Assembly (NCBI RefSeq): GCF_009914755.1 | Contig: NC_060929.1 | Source: the human T2T-CHM13v2.0 reference genome, Homo sapiens | Length of the DNA stretch: 64,000 nt | Strand: one strand, 5' to 3' | Shown here: piece after piece, positions 29,172-43,855 of the stretch | Layout: every line of letters begins with the position of its first letter | How positions within the stretch are numbered: position 1 is the first letter of the stretch | Program-made: the position numbers and the translations under genes | The notes under the pieces: model-generated | Told to the model about the DNA's origin: nothing | Databases searched by the model: none | What the model saw: only the letters and a program-made list of their open reading frames with translations

Positions 29172-29497
29172 CTTTTTTTCTTTTCTTTTTCTTTCTTTCT
29201 TTTTTTTTTTTTTTTTTTGAGACAGTCTCGCTCTGCCATCCAAGCTAGAGTGCCGTGGCACAATCTCGGCTAACTGCCACCTCCACCTCCTGGGATCAGT
29301 GATTTTTGTGCCTCAGTCTCCGGAATAGCTGGGATGACAGGCATGCACCACCACGCCCAGCTAATTTTTGTATTTTTAGTAGAGACGGGGTTTCACCACA
29401 TTGGCCAGGCTTGTCTCAAACTCCTGGCTTCAAGTGATCAGCCCACCTCGGCTTCCCAAAGTGTTGGGATTACAGGCGTCAGCTACCGCTCCCAGCT
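29172..29497 (-). mobile_element. Alu (S-type)
   Basis: T-rich tail plus antisense dimer. TSD gcaa(g/c)gataaa. Confidence 0.93.
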
Positions 29498-29515
29498 GCA
29501 ACGATAAATTCTTAA

Positions 29516-29901
<386 letters not shown>

Positions 29902-31279
29902 CACGCAGAGGATTTTAATCACTGTCTGCATCTTGCCTTCTGCTCCTTCTAAAGAATTTCCGGCAATATTAACCAGTCAGCCTTTAAATAACCAGAAATC
30001 TTTCATTGTCTCTCCCATGAGTAGGTTAAAGAAAAACCTGGAAGAGGATGGCAAAGGGAGAAATTAATAGCCCATAGGCCATGCAAGATCATGCTCCATC
30101 CTGTCCTCTCTAGATGAAGCCCAGAGAGGCCAAGTAACATGCCCAGGGCCACACAGCTTACAGGTAGAAGAGCCAGCATGACGACTCAGGTCTTCCCACT
30201 CCAAGTGCAGTGTTCATCCAACCCTCCTCTAATTTGGAGACTGGACTCCTTCCCTAGGTGCTACAAAGTTTATACCACAGAGCCCAAAGCCCCAGCATAC
30301 GCACTACTCTCATCAGCTGACCAGCCAAGGTCAGCCGTGGCCATCTTCCGTGGAGCATTTACTACGTGCTTTGTTCAATGCCAATTATTTTCCCCCAGAT
30401 AATTCCCATTTATCCTCACAACAACATGGAGAGGTCAGTTCTACCATTGTCTATGTTACTGATAAGAACCTGAGACAAGAGAGGTTAAGTAACTTGCCAA
30501 AGGTTTCAGGATACACAGTGGGCAGCCCCTTAACCCTTTCACTTGACTACCTCCTCCTGTCCTCTGCTCTGGGTCAGGTGCTGCAAGAGCCTAGAAAGAA
30601 CAGAAGCCCAGTCTCCACACTTGACCATGATCTACGTCAGGATGGCAGGGGACAAATATTTATTGAGTGACCCAAGCATCGTAGAGACCTCACTGGGCAT
30701 TTTGCAGACCACAGCGATATAAGTTCAGGGAACTTCCAAGATCTGGGATTCTATAGCTCATGTTCTGTGTGTTTGAACACAGAATAAGAGGACAGACACC
30801 CCACTAATACACACATGAGTCGGATGGCACTGGCTCTGAGGATGGGTGCACGGAGGGTAGCCAGCAAAATCCTAAGGGAATCCCTTGGATATATGACAGG
30901 TCCATCACCAATCCTTTTGAGCATAACTTCAGCTGCCCACGGTAATTAGCATGGCAGTGTGGTATGGTAGAAAACATAAGGACTTGGCAGAGACACAGAT
31001 GTGTACTGAGTCCCAGTTCCATTGCATCCTAGTTATACAACTATGGGTAAGTTAGATACCCCTAAGCTTTAGAAATAGATTTAATGATTCTCTTCGCATG
31101 ATTGTTGTGATGGTTAAGTCTAAGCATTGAGGCAAAGTGCCCAGTACAGTACTGCTTCTTAGATAGATGGGATATATATATATATATATGCAGTAATCTA
31201 AACTTTGAGCTTTAATTTCCTCCTCTATAAAATAAGAGCATTGATTGAGGCTTAGGCAGGGAACTCCCAGTAGAGACAA

Positions 31280-31520
31280 ATGCAGACTCTGGAGTCAGGT
31301 TTACCCAAATGTGAACCAAATGTGAATCCTGGTTCTGCCGCTAAGTAGTTGTATGATATTGTTCAAATTCTTTAACCTTTCTGCACTTGTTTCACATCTA
31401 TAGAACAGTACTAACCATAGTACCTATCCCACAGAGTTGTTAGGAGAATTAAATGAGTTAATAGACATGAAGTGCTCAGAACAGCACCTGGCACTCAACG
31501 TGTTTACTAGCGCTATTATC
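31280..31520 (+). mobile_element. MIR
   Basis: gactctggagtcag...aatcctggttctgcc...gagttgttaggagaattaaatgagttaata...gcacctggcac. Confidence 0.8.
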
Positions 31521-31614
31521 TATCTAAAAGTGCTATTGTAAGGATCCAAAGTACTCAAAGCGCAGGGAACTGCATACAGTGGATGCTCAATACACTAGCA
31601 GACATCTGTTGTTT

Positions 31615-32110
31615 TTACATTTCACATCCCCTCTTCTGTCTTCTGATAACAAAATTACTCTCTACTATGGGGAACCCATTCTCTAAGCAAGTGGGATGAA
31701 CACAGCTTGATAATCAGAGGACACCATCTCATTAGCAACATTGATTGGCTGGGACATGGGCATATATGACCAAGCATTGGTTGGCTGGGACATGGGCATA
31801 TATGACCAAGCTAAGTAATCAGTGTCTACCCTCAGTTCTTTCTGACAGGAACATTGACCAAGGCCCTCTTCACCAGGATCTCTGAATTAGTGCATTTTGA
31901 GTCTTTTGCATTAGCTCACAAACAAGTCCACGGTTCCAAGGGAGTGAAGGAGCAAGATGAAGACTTAATGACATCACCAAGCCCCTGGATCCAGCTGTTC
32001 CTGAAGCCATTCATAACTACCACTGCTCTTCTCAGTTATGTGAATCAATATATTGCCTCTTTGGGCTAAACTAACTTTAGTCACTAAACTAACTTCTGTC
32101 ACTTGCTAGT
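31615..32110 (+). mobile_element. ERVL LTR remnant (LTR16/LTR33-like) containing a 36-bp tandem duplication
   Basis: tgattggct...gggca..tgaccaagct and the 3' pattern gcccctggatccagctgttcctgaagc...ctcagttatgtgaatcaata...tctgtcacttgc. Confidence 0.6.
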
Positions 32111-34030
32111 GAGTGGTGTTATAGTCACAGCATAGGTTCTAATAAATATTATTTCCCTTTTCATTACTATTCAAAGCCTGTTTTTATTACATGACTATAG
32201 ACTTTCCAAGAGATAGTCTTCAGATAAACACGAAATATTAAGTAGTTTTGCCTATAAGACTAATAAAAAAAGTAGTATCAAGAATTGTTTATCCCACATG
32301 GCATACTCTGGTGTAGCCACCCACATAGAATCCACATTTAGCATGAAAAATGCCTCACTGTGTCTATTGAGATGCAGTGCTCTTTCAAAACAGAGCCAGT
32401 GGCATATGTATACACACTCATGATTGCACAGCTATTGATTTCTAATTTGTACCCTGCTTACTTCCAAAAAGGCTCTGGAGTGGCTGACAAAATAAGACAA
32501 TGACACAAGAGGGCCATTAAGAAAAATCAAAGATCAAGCCCAGAGAGAAAAAGGGATTGCTGATTATAGCCCAAACTTGGGTTAATATAGCTGCTTCAGT
32601 AAAAAAAATTATATTTAGCTCTCAGCTTTTTGGCAGCCATTCAAAGTGTGTCATAATAGGGCACATAGAGAACTGGGCATCCTTCATGTCTACAGCTCAA
32701 CACCCAGAACAGAGGCCATGCTGGAACAGACACCCAGGGAAAACCTTACTGAATGCGTGAGTGAATGAATAAATGAATGAATAGTGGATAAAAGAATCAA
32801 AGCTCACCAAGGGCACTGTTTATATCTTTAGGCCTATATCATTCATTTATTCATCTAACCATTCAACCATCACTGATGGAGTGCCTATGTGTGCCGAGCT
32901 ATGCCCGGACACGGACCCAGCAAGAGATGGATACCAAAATGAGTCAAATACCATTCCTGCCTTCCCAGCTGCAGCTCTCTGACTTGAAGCAAAAGCTCAG
33001 GGTAATTTACCTCAATGCTTGTTGCAACTCCTAGTCTCTTCATGCCTCCCAGAGAAAGGAGATCAGAAACTGAGGTTATAAAGACAGGAATTGTAGGAGT
33101 AATAATAGTTGTCTTGGTGCTTACACTTATACAGCACTTTACAAAACACAAGTACACCATGATCTCATTGGATACTTACAGTTCCTCTACAAGGTAGGTA
33201 AAAGGGAGGAGAGGGTATCTCCCTTTACTGATGATATTTAGATACCGAAGGAAAAGTGACTCTCTCAAGCTCTCAGGACGTGGCAGAGGACATAACTCAT
33301 AGGTTCCCCATGCCCACGTGCCTGGCTCCCAGAATCTCAGAGACCTGTTATCACCACTTGAAATTCCTACTTTGCCTGGATCAAGACCAACTCTGCAAAA
33401 AATGGCCATCACCTGATAGCCATGGGAAGGTTTCTGTGAGCAAGAACCAGCCCACCTGACGTGCTGCAGCAGCTGGGATGCTCAGACCCCACCCACATAA
33501 AGTCGTCCAGCATTCCAGCCTCCCAGGTACCTTCCCTTTGCCTTTAAACTGATGCTTATGTCTCAGATGAATAGTATATACTCTGCTGTAGTACTTAGTT
33601 AACAGCAGGTTGAAAGGTGCAATGCAGTACTGGGTGGAGAGATAGTGATTACGTGAGCATCTAAGGGCAGGGCTATGAAAGGCAGGGGATGTTACAAACC
33701 AGGGTGTTTCTGGTATGCCCATTTGGCATAGTTTATCCAGCTCTTCTGGACCCCCGGGCTGCTGAACAGCATTTCCTCCGCCCCCATGCCCATCCAGGCA
33801 GACCCAGACTGGAAGAGTAAAAAGGAGGGTATAGCCTTTCCTACATTTAGCAAAGTCAGCTAGGGCGACTGAGCCAGAGAGATGGGGCACACAGCAAGAG
33901 GAGACCTGACAAAGTGCAGGTGTGTCCTAGAGAAGGCAAGCGAGACCACTGCATGATTGGAATACCAGCCAACCCTTGCCTGTTCTTGTTCCAGCAAAGT
34001 GCCCTTTTAAAATAAATTTATGTATATAGT

Positions 34031-34033
<3 letters not shown>

Positions 34034-34065
<32 letters not shown>
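34034..34065. repeat. (TG)n microsatellite
   Basis: About 15 uninterrupted TG units. Confidence 0.97.
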
Positions 34066-34067
<2 letters not shown>

Positions 34068-35558
34068 GACATATAGAAATATATATTCCTAATTCAGAAC
34101 TCATTCGTAAGTGCACACACTGACATGTGTTTCATGTTTCCCAATTTATCCCAGAGCCTATATGCAGTGTTTGGCTGCACAAGTAGGCATTAAATGCAAC
34201 CACTGGGAATGAGAATGGTGGCCACAACGTTGGAGCCTCCCTGCAATGTTAAAGCCTTCCCAGCCAGGCTGTAAATCTTGCTACCTGACTGCAAAGCCAT
34301 CCAGGACTGTGTCGCTTCATTCAGAAAGGTGTACCTTAGGCAATTCAGTACACCCCATGAACTGAGTCACTGCCAGCATGATTTCAGGTTCACTGTCGAT
34401 AATTTAATTAGCACTTGCCTGACATCTACAATACATGAATCACAGTCTCCACCCTCACCTGCAACTCCAGCTCCTGGGCTTCCAAATTCTCCCACTGAAT
34501 AAATAGAAGTATCTCCAACTCTCCCCTCTCCTCATTTTACCCTGGATCTCTGAAGAGAATAAAGCAAAATTCAACACATTTCTTCCTTTTCCCACAAAAT
34601 CATAAACCCCCAGACCCAGGGTTCCTAGACTGGCAGCGCTAGGAAGTGGGAAAAAGGCAGGAGCTGCTTCAACCAGCAAGGTGATGAGGTTGCCATGTTC
34701 GGTCCAAACCGTTGCCTTCTGAGACCACTGACAGTCTCGTGTGAATAAACCTATCTCAAACCCCACCTCAGGGAATTTACCTGAAGTAAGTTCAGACCCA
34801 CAATCCATGGAAGCATCGCCTCCCTCCTTGCAAGGCAACGATGGACTACCACACATCACTAGTCCTCACTGGTCATGCAAGCCGCTGATGTCTGAGAGAA
34901 GGAGCAAGAAGTCAGGCCTGGAAGTGTTTGTTGGGGGTAGACGTCATGTCAAAGCCCTGCTCCAAGTCTCTATGTCAGGGCCTAACTGCCAAGCTCCACA
35001 CGGCACGGCGCTCCACAAACCACATCCTCCACATCACCCAAGCCAGGCAAGGCACAAGGTAGAGAACACAAGGCAACTCTACTCACAGTCTGGTGAGCTT
35101 CGGCGTGCTCTGGAAAAGCAATTCTGGAAGGACTTGCAGCTTATTCTTGTTCAGGCGCCTAAAGAGGAAAGAGAATGGAAGGATGTCAAGGGGACATTAA
35201 ACCAGATCAAACGTATTCAGATACCACTTTAATCAATCAGTCAATCAATCAATAGGCATTAAGAGACTCTCTACGTCTTTCAGTATGGGCTGCTCAACAC
35301 ATGTAAGGTATATTCCCTGTTGGCGGGGCTTAGAGTCAGGTTGGGAATGCAAAGCAAAGGTCAGTCAAAAGTAAAAATACAGCACATGCGCTGTGCTGCC
35401 ACACCTCCATCAGTCTTGGAGAGACATCACTAATGGATCACAATATTCCTTCCCATGGACTCCAGACAAGACTTTTGAACTTTTCTCACCATGAGCTTCG
35501 TGTAGCTATTACTGAGTGATGAAACTGGCATGTGAAATACACACCTAAAAACATAAAT

Positions 35559-35949
<391 letters not shown>

Positions 35950-37098
35950 TCAGGAACAAAGAAGAGGGCATGGCAGATCACCTTGGACTGAGGAACAAAA
36001 TGGAATTCTGGCCATCTTGGCTCTGTGGACCAGAGTAGGATTCCATTGTGAGTTTTGTGGGTCCTTGGCAATTTTGCCTTTGTGGGCTGCTTTCTACATC
36101 AAATTTTTTTTTAATATTACATTTTATAACTATGTCGGTATAAATGCAAATATATTATTACATAACATTTCTACCCAAAAGTTCATTTTTGTCTTCCAAT
36201 ATTAGAAGAAATTAAAACATTTTCATGGGCCCCTAACAGTATTGTAGACCCTTATCACCATCCCTGGAGGTGGAGAAGTAGGCCCTGGGTCAGGGACCAA
36301 GGTCTGGGCATGAGGTATGGCTTGTGGCAAAATCTGCCCAGTAGGGATGGCTCACATTGGATGTTGGCCAACGGAGCCAGTTTCTCTTAAGCATGGTCAA
36401 TGCTAAACACCCACAGAAAGGCTACCTGAGTTTTTAAGTGACACAGAGCCATCATTATGATCTCCATGAAGGCTGCTTTCTTCGGAGCACTGGGCCAAGA
36501 GAGACGCCCTGCTGCATGCTAGCCCCATGCCCCTCTGCCCTAGTGAGTTGACACAGCCTAGCAAGGGAAACAGGAAGCCACCCAAACCATGATTAAAGCA
36601 TACACCCCACAGTCCCCCAGAATCTTTCAGAGCCAAAGAGCAGTTCATAGCCTGGATGAATTTTTCTACTTAGAGTGAATTGAGTATGGCCTATTACATG
36701 ATGTAACTATATGATCCCCATCTGAGAGCTAAAGCTAACTAAGGAATAGAAAAGGTGAGCTTCTCCCTAGCTCCTGGCCCCAAAGCCCTGGCCCCCTTCC
36801 CCTGCCACCAAGCAGACAGGATTTCCTATTTGGGATTTTGCTCCCATTTCCCCCCTTTCTTCCTAGGTCTATGGACAACAACTTTAGAGGGATGAGCGAC
36901 TAGAAGGAGGTCAAGCAGGACAAAGCATGTGATAGAGAAGCATTGAAGACTTCACATATAATAAGCCCACTGTCAAGAGGGTGCTACTCAGCCTGACAGC
37001 CATGCAGCGAGTGGGTAAGCACTGGGCAGGGAAGCCATCCACGAGACTCCTGATGAGGAGGAGGCAAGGAGGAAAGGCTGGAAAGTTGGATGAGATAA

Positions 37099-37428
<330 letters not shown>

Positions 37429-37459
37429 TGAGGGAAGCCCGACTCTTACCCCAGTGCTT

Positions 37460-37740
37460 TTTATTTTTAAAAAATTGCAGTAAAATCACATATCATGAGA
37501 TTTATCTTCTTAGCAATAAAAAAACTGTACACTAAAAGTGTAGTTAGTTCAGTAGCGTTGAGTATATTCACATCATTGAACAACTAATCTCCAGAACTTT
37601 TTCATCTTGCAAAACCGAAATTCTGTCCCTGTTGAACAACAACTCCCCATCCCTCCTTCTCCCAGCCCCTGGCAATCACCGTTCCACTGTCTGTCTCTGA
37701 TTTTGCCTGGTGCTCTTTGACCACTGCCAGTATCTGCTTT
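37460..37740 (-). mobile_element. L1MA/MB 3' UTR fragment
   Basis: gttcagtagcgttgagtatattcacatc...atctccagaactttttcatcttgcaaaac.gaaa...ccagcccctggcaatcacc.ttc.act.tctgtctct. Confidence 0.85.
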
Positions 37741-38064
37741 TTGTGTGTTCCCATCACTAAAGTAGAAAAAAAAAAGTGGGGGACTCCAGGAAGAGGAGGA
37801 TGAGGCAACATCTATTTTTATGTTTTGAGTAGTTCCCATGTACTCAGCGATAACAGGTGGAAGCCGTTGGAACTGGAGAAGGCTTGATGTGATGTATGTG
37901 GGATTCACCGGGGCTGGGCACAGGTCTGGCTATATTGTGCTCTTGCTGTGGGATCTGAAGCAAGCTATCTAGCCCTTTGGACCTCAGTTTCAGATCTGCA
38001 AAATGGGTTACAGTGAGTCTTAAATGACACAGTGTCTACGCAAGCGTTCAGCACTGCAATAAGA

Positions 38065-38325
38065 GCATGACAACAGTGATGATAATGGTATGGATTGAGT
38101 TCTACATGCATGTCAAACGCCATGCCACGTGCTACACAGGCAGGATCATAACTGCAGCAGTGCTCATGGTAGGTGTCATTATTAATCCTGTCTCATACAG
38201 AATGAACCTGAAGCCTGGGGAGGTCAAGCCATCCCCAAGGCCACAATGTCAGGAAGTGGTAGTGGCAGGATTTGCACCCAGTCGGTCAGACTCCAGAGCT
38301 CTAGTTCTGAACCACCATGCTACTC
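38065..38325 (-). mobile_element. MIR
   Basis: ggtaggtgtcattattaatcctgtctcatacaga...aaggccaca...ggatttgcacccag...gactccagagctc...aaccaccatgc. Confidence 0.75.
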
Positions 38326-39574
38326 AAAGCCTTTCAATAAATAACAGCTCCCTCTCCCTTTCCCTTTCTTAATTTTTCTGTTTCTTTTCATCCAGAGTTG
38401 CCACTTCCTCCAACCCATCCAAGGCAATGAACCACCCTGTGTACATTGCCTTCCCTGGAAAGGAACTCTCTTGGAGGTCCCCAAGGCAAGAACTGAGTCT
38501 CTATGTGGGTCTGTCTGGAACCACCCTCTATTGTCACAACTGTACAAAGTCTTTTAAGAGTTATATTCAGAGAACCAACACTCCATTCCAGGCAAAAATC
38601 CTAAAACCCAGCTTGCTGCTGTCTTCAGTGAGTAGGGTGTTCGGTTTGCTGAAAACCCTAAACCAGAGTTGAAGCTAAAAATAAAACCAGCTTGGCTCCA
38701 AGGCTCCTGGAAGGGAAGGAATCATTTTCAGTTTTTTGCCGGTATTTGTGGCTGGACAAAAATAAAAATATAACTAAATTTAGCCAATTGTGTGCTGCCC
38801 ACTGCTTCATAAACCCTGAATGAGGATTCTGGGACAGATGGGTGGGGCTCTGCTCCCAAAAGCCTTGGGACCTTTCCACTTAAGCTCGAGCAGGTCGCCT
38901 GCTGGTTCTCAATATCAGAAGGAGCTAGATACTGTATTTCCAGGTAACTCCAGGATTTACTCATATTTACTGAGTAAATATGGGCCTGGAAAGTCTTCCT
39001 TGAAAAGATGATGAAGGCTCCAAGCTGCATAAGGTACACTTCCCATGTGGCTTCTGTGAAAGCAGCCCCTCAACAGGAAAATGAACAGAATGAGACATGC
39101 TGTTCTCCTGATAAACAGGTAAGTGCCGGGTGCAGACAGTGGCTATTGGCCATGGTACACTCATGCCATCTGCTGTTCTGTTACTCTGGGTCCAGAGGTG
39201 GAGATCTCCTGCCATAGTTCAAGCTGGAAGTAAATCCATGATTACTGAATGGAGAACAGGACTGAATGGAACTCATATGAGGACAGAACTGAGGAAGTCA
39301 GCAAATGAGATGTGGGCCAGGGCAATGACAGGATAAGGCCTTCCTAGGTATTCCCTCTCCCACTAAGATCAAAACTCCTCAGCTTTCCTGATGCAACAAT
39401 GGGGAGCATAAAGGTAAAAAAAAAACCAACTGGCTGCTGAGTTGCAAAGCCATACTGCTTTTCAGCCTGAATTGAGAAGCACTAAGAAATAGGCCCTTGT
39501 CTTTGTGGAACCACTAAAGGCCTTTCTAGATGTACCTGGGTGTAAGATATAAATAGAAGTTTTTGCCACTTCAT

Positions 39575-40250
39575 CGAACCCATCCATGTATCCATTCAAC
39601 CATTCATCCATCCAACTGTTCATTTATCTGTACATCCAACCACCATCCATCTATGCATCAACCAACCCATCTACCCAAGCATTCACTCATCCGTCCAACC
39701 ACCATTTACCCATCCATCCATTCTTTCATTTCTCCAGTTTTTCAATATGAACATACAAAAATGAATAAGATACAGCCCCTTCTTTTAAAAATGTCATATG
39801 CTAGTGAAGAAGACAGACCTGAAAACAAAAAATTGCCATGTTCTTGAAAGCGAAGGTGTCGTGGGAACACAATGGAGCAGCAGCTAACCCAGTCCTTGTT
39901 AAAAGAAGGCTTCCCAAGGAAGATGGTTTTGAGTTTAGTTTTAAAGGATGACTAGAACTCTTTAGGAGACAGAGGTGGAGACTTCTAGACTGAGAGAGCA
40001 GTATGTGCTCTGTACTCCATGGAGGGCCAGGAGACAGGAGCATTTGGGAAGCAGGCTTGCACTGCTAGAACACAGAGGTGACCTGCGAACACAAGTGATG
40101 AAGGTGTACAACTAGGCAGCAGTCATACCACAAAGGGCCTTTTTATCCATAATAAAGAATTTGGGTTTGGCTTTTTACAGATAGTAAGAGGGAGCCAGAG
40201 AAAGGGTTTGAGCAAGGGAGTGATAATCTGGTTTGAATTTTAAAAAGTTC
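39575..40250 (-). mobile_element. L2 fragment with a degenerate (CCAT)n tail repeat
   Basis: (CCAT/TCAT)n at 39575-39730, then atacaaaaatgaataagatacagcccct...aaggcttcccaaggaaga...tttgagcaagggagtga. Confidence 0.7.
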
Positions 40251-40254
40251 TCCT

Positions 40255-40552
40255 GGCCGGGCGTGGTGGCTCATGCCTGTAATCCCAGCACTTTGGGAGG
40301 CCAAGGTGGGCAGATCACGAGGTCAGGAGCTCGAGACCAGCCTGGCCAACATGGTGAAACCCCGTCTCTACTAAAAATATAAAAATTAGCTTGGCATGGG
40401 GATGCACATCTGTAATCCCCGCTACTCGGGAGGCTTAGGCAGGAGAATCACTTGAACCCAGGAGGCAGAGGTTGTGGTGAGCTGAGATCACACCACTGCA
40501 AGCCAGCCTGGGCAACAGAGCAAGACTCCAACTCAAAAAACAAACAAACAAA
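40255..40552 (+). mobile_element. Alu (Sg-like)
   Basis: ggccgggcgtggtggctca...gatcacgaggtcaggag. (CAAA)n tail. Confidence 0.95.
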
Positions 40553-40655
40553 CTATACACACACACACACACACACACACATATGTGTGTATATTTATAT
40601 ATATATATATATAAATACACACACACACACACACACATACATACATATACACATG
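40553..40655. repeat. Compound (CA)n/(TA)n/(CA)n microsatellite at the Alu tail
   Basis: Directly visible in the sequence. Confidence 0.95.
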
Positions 40656-40740
40656 TCTCCTGAGTAGCAGTAAGCCCAGTTTGGAGGAGGTTGAAATCGG
40701 AAGCAGGAAAACCAGTTAAAAGTGTTCTTGGGTAACTAGT

Positions 40741-40951
40741 GTCTCTGCATGAAGACCTAATTAAGGATAACAGTGCAGCTGAAGTGTAGGAGAGAGAGGT
40801 GAGGTATAATCGGCTGGGTTTTGTGACAGGATGTACGTGAGGATTGGTCTCTGCGTGAAGACCTGGTTAAGGATAACAGTGTGGCTGAAGTGTAGGAGAG
40901 AGAAGTGAGGTATAATCGGCTGGGTTTTGTGACAGGATGTACGTGAGGATT
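40741..40951. repeat. 106-bp tandem duplication (2 copies)
   Basis: gtctctgc.tgaagacct..ttaaggataacagtg...tgtacgtgaggatt starts at 40741 and at 40847. Confidence 0.95.
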
Positions 40952-41124
40952 CAGGGAGTTACAGGAGTGCGGGTATGAAAAGTCGCTCCAGGTGGGGTAA
41001 CTGATCAGTCAAATTACCAATCCCTAATGAGAGGAATAGAGAAGGGAGGAACACTGTGCGGAAGGTGGTGTGTTTAGATTCAGGATTTCTGCAATGCTGA
41101 AATCTCTCAAATATGTTTTGACAG

Positions 41125-41375
41125 CTAATAGCAGTAGTTAGTAATAATACTAAAACCATGAGCCAGGCATTGTACTGAGCACTTTACATGCACTACCTCA
41201 TTTAATCTCCATGGAAACGTTTGGAGGCCAGTGCTCTTAGCATCCCTATATTTAGGAAATACTGGCCTAAGAAGGTTAAGAACTTGCCCAAAGTCAAGCT
41301 TGACCAACGTGATAGTTGGTGGGACTTGAACCCAGGTGCCTGCTGCTAAGCCTGTGCTCTTACCTACTATGTGTA
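41125..41375 (-). mobile_element. MIR
   Basis: gccaggcattgtactgagcactttacatgcactacctcatttaatctcc...ggttaagaacttgcccaaagtca...ttgaacccagg. Confidence 0.82.
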
Positions 41376-43192
41376 GTGAGAATTCTTAATTTAGCCCTTC
41401 ATTATAAACTGTCTTATCATCTAAGTTTCAAGGACTAAGGGTGGGAAATACAACTAAAAAGTCCTTTGCGTCCCAACAGTAGCCAACACAGCATCAGGCA
41501 CACAAAGAACCTTCCAGAAGGGCCTGCTGAATTTCATGAATAAATCAAAAGGTAGGAAAGGCCAGCTAGGGGAGCCTGATGAATCAATAGCCCTGCTGAT
41601 CCGGGAAGTCACACTGTGTGAGGGTAAACAGGGCTCCCAGAGGGCCTGCCTACCTGAGTCTGTCTTCATCATTCAGAAACTTCTTAGAGACTCAGCTTTC
41701 AGAGGTATCAACCTCACTGACAAGCAAGGTGAGCAGGGCGAAGGGGTCACTACTTCCCCTCCCTCAGGAAAGGGAAGGGGTGAGGGGCCACTAGGGCCTG
41801 GGCATGGCCCACTGCACATCAAATCCCCTCCTTTCCTCAGGGAGCTGTGGGCTGTCAGCTGCCCAATCAGGCCCGAGGGAGGAAGAAAGTCAAAGTGTGC
41901 TAACCCCTACAGGTCACCAGGACTGCTTGCTTTAGTAATGAACTCAATTGTTTCCCCTTCCCCAGGCAGCTTCTTAGGCAGCCTGAATTCTTTCTCCGTC
42001 TACTGGTACTTTCAGAAACACTCACATGTCTCAACAACAAGAACCCAAGCAGCTTTGTTATCTAGTGCAAAAGCTCCAAGCCACCCCCAATGGAGAGAGG
42101 GAGAGGGACAATGCTTCCTGCCAGCTGCTGCTCCAGGCCAGCAAGCGCCAGGGATGATGACTACAGACTCCGGGCAAGGGCAGAACCAAACTTCACAGGC
42201 CTCAAACATCAGTTCAGAGATGACATCATCAACTATGAAGATGTACAGATGTCACTATAAATCGGGGGCAAAAAACTTGAACTCTGGAGAGTCAAAAGAG
42301 TAGAGATCCTTGATCTGGGGCTGTTCCCACTAGTTGTTTACTGTAGTCACTGAAGGCCTCTTACTTCCTTGGTTTCCTCACCTGTCTAACAGCCAATTCA
42401 GGCTTTTTTTTTCCTGCTATGCAAATTTTCATAATGCAAACTGGATGTAATCTGAGCAATTCAGCAAGGAAGCTAATTTGTGATGGTTGTTGGTTTATAC
42501 CAGTGTCATGATCAGGAATGGTCCCCATATGTGGGGCAGGAAAGTCTAATGGCTTACAGACTCAATACCCAGGGCCATTTTAGTTGAATGATGCTATTCT
42601 TTGCCTTTGAGGCTTCCCTTTTTTGGAGGGACAAGCAGCTTCATTGAGATATAATGGAGCTTCCTTATAGTAAGTGTGGACCAACCCACAATTTATTTTG
42701 ATGGCTTAGCTGCAAGTTGACCTGAGATTTGTCTTCCATGGTATTCAGTATTTGATCAATGACATTTAGGCTGGCTTACATCAGTTTTGAAATCAGTTAT
42801 TTTTTAGTTTGTAAGTTCTGAAAGTCCTAATAGCAATTAAAAACCCCTTTATTTTTGACATTTCTATAGGAGAAAGAAGTTTGTGGTCATACTTTAAAAT
42901 TCTGATCCCTAAGCAGTTTTTTTTACCCTCACTGAAGATGTTTGCAAGAACCCTTTTAAAAAATAACCTAAAGATTATTTTAGGAACACAATTATTATGT
43001 AATAGCAAAACATGTACCTCATGGGATATCTGAGAGGGCTGAATGGTTTAACATCTGTAAAGGGCTTTGCAATGTTTCTCAAGGGCTCAATAAGTGGTAG
43101 CTGTTACAGCTACTGTTATTATCAGTATAATTGTCCCTAGATGTCCCAAGAGGTTGGAAATTCAGGAGATTTATTTCTCCTTCATAGATGAC

Positions 43193-43515
43193 TATATCAG
43201 TCAGCAAGGCAATAACAAATGAACTCCAAAATCTCAGTGGGTTAACACAATAAACACTTATTCCACACTCACATAAAGGGCTTGTTCCATATGGTATGAT
43301 ACCTTAGAGAACATGTGGCCTCCAAGGCTGCTGTGCCAGGGGAAGAGAAGGAAGGAGGAAGTACATCAGCTCTTAACTCCCTTGACCCAGCAGTGACTCA
43401 TACCACTTCTCACATGATTGGCCAGAACTAGTCACATGGCACAAACCTAGCTGCAAAGGAAGCTGGGAAATCTACAGGAACACTTGGATATTTTGTTGAG
43501 GACTATCTTAACCAC
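43193..43515 (-). mobile_element. MaLR LTR remnant (MLT1J/K/L-like)
   Basis: aataacaaatgaactccaaaatctcagtgggttaacacaataaa...attggccagaactagtcacatggc...gctgcaaaggaagctgggaaat. Confidence 0.8.
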
Positions 43516-43556
43516 CAGTATGCCTTAAGCATCAAAACAGCACAGATCTCTTTGTC

Positions 43557-43855
43557 AGCCAGGTGCAGTGGCTCATGCCTACAGTCCTGGGCGGGAGGAT
43601 TGCTTGAGTCCAGAAGTTTGAGAGCAGCCTGGGAAATATAGTGAAACCTCATCTCTACAAAAAATCCAAAGAATTAGCTGAGCATGGTGCCACACACCTA
43701 TAGTCACAGCTACTCAGGAGGCTGGGTGGGAGGATTGCTTAAGCTTGGGAGGTGGAGGTTGCAGTGAGCCAAGATCATCCCACTGCACTCCAGCCTATGC
43801 AACAGAACAAGAGCCTATTTCAAAAATAAATAAATAAAATAAAATAAAATAAAAA
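43557..43855 (+). mobile_element. Alu (J-type) with a short left-arm deletion
   Basis: ggaggattgcttgag in both arms. (TAAAA)n tail. Confidence 0.9.

Noticed and set aside
40741-40951. Direct repeats as a CRISPR-like array
   Set aside because: Only two abutting copies with no spacers, in mammalian DNA.
41536-42303. Longest ORF in the window (255 aa, plus strand)
   Set aside because: No recognisable domain, low-information S/G/P-rich composition, and no promoter or splice context. The ATG lies in a tgaataaat L2/MIR-like tail. Consistent with a chance ORF.
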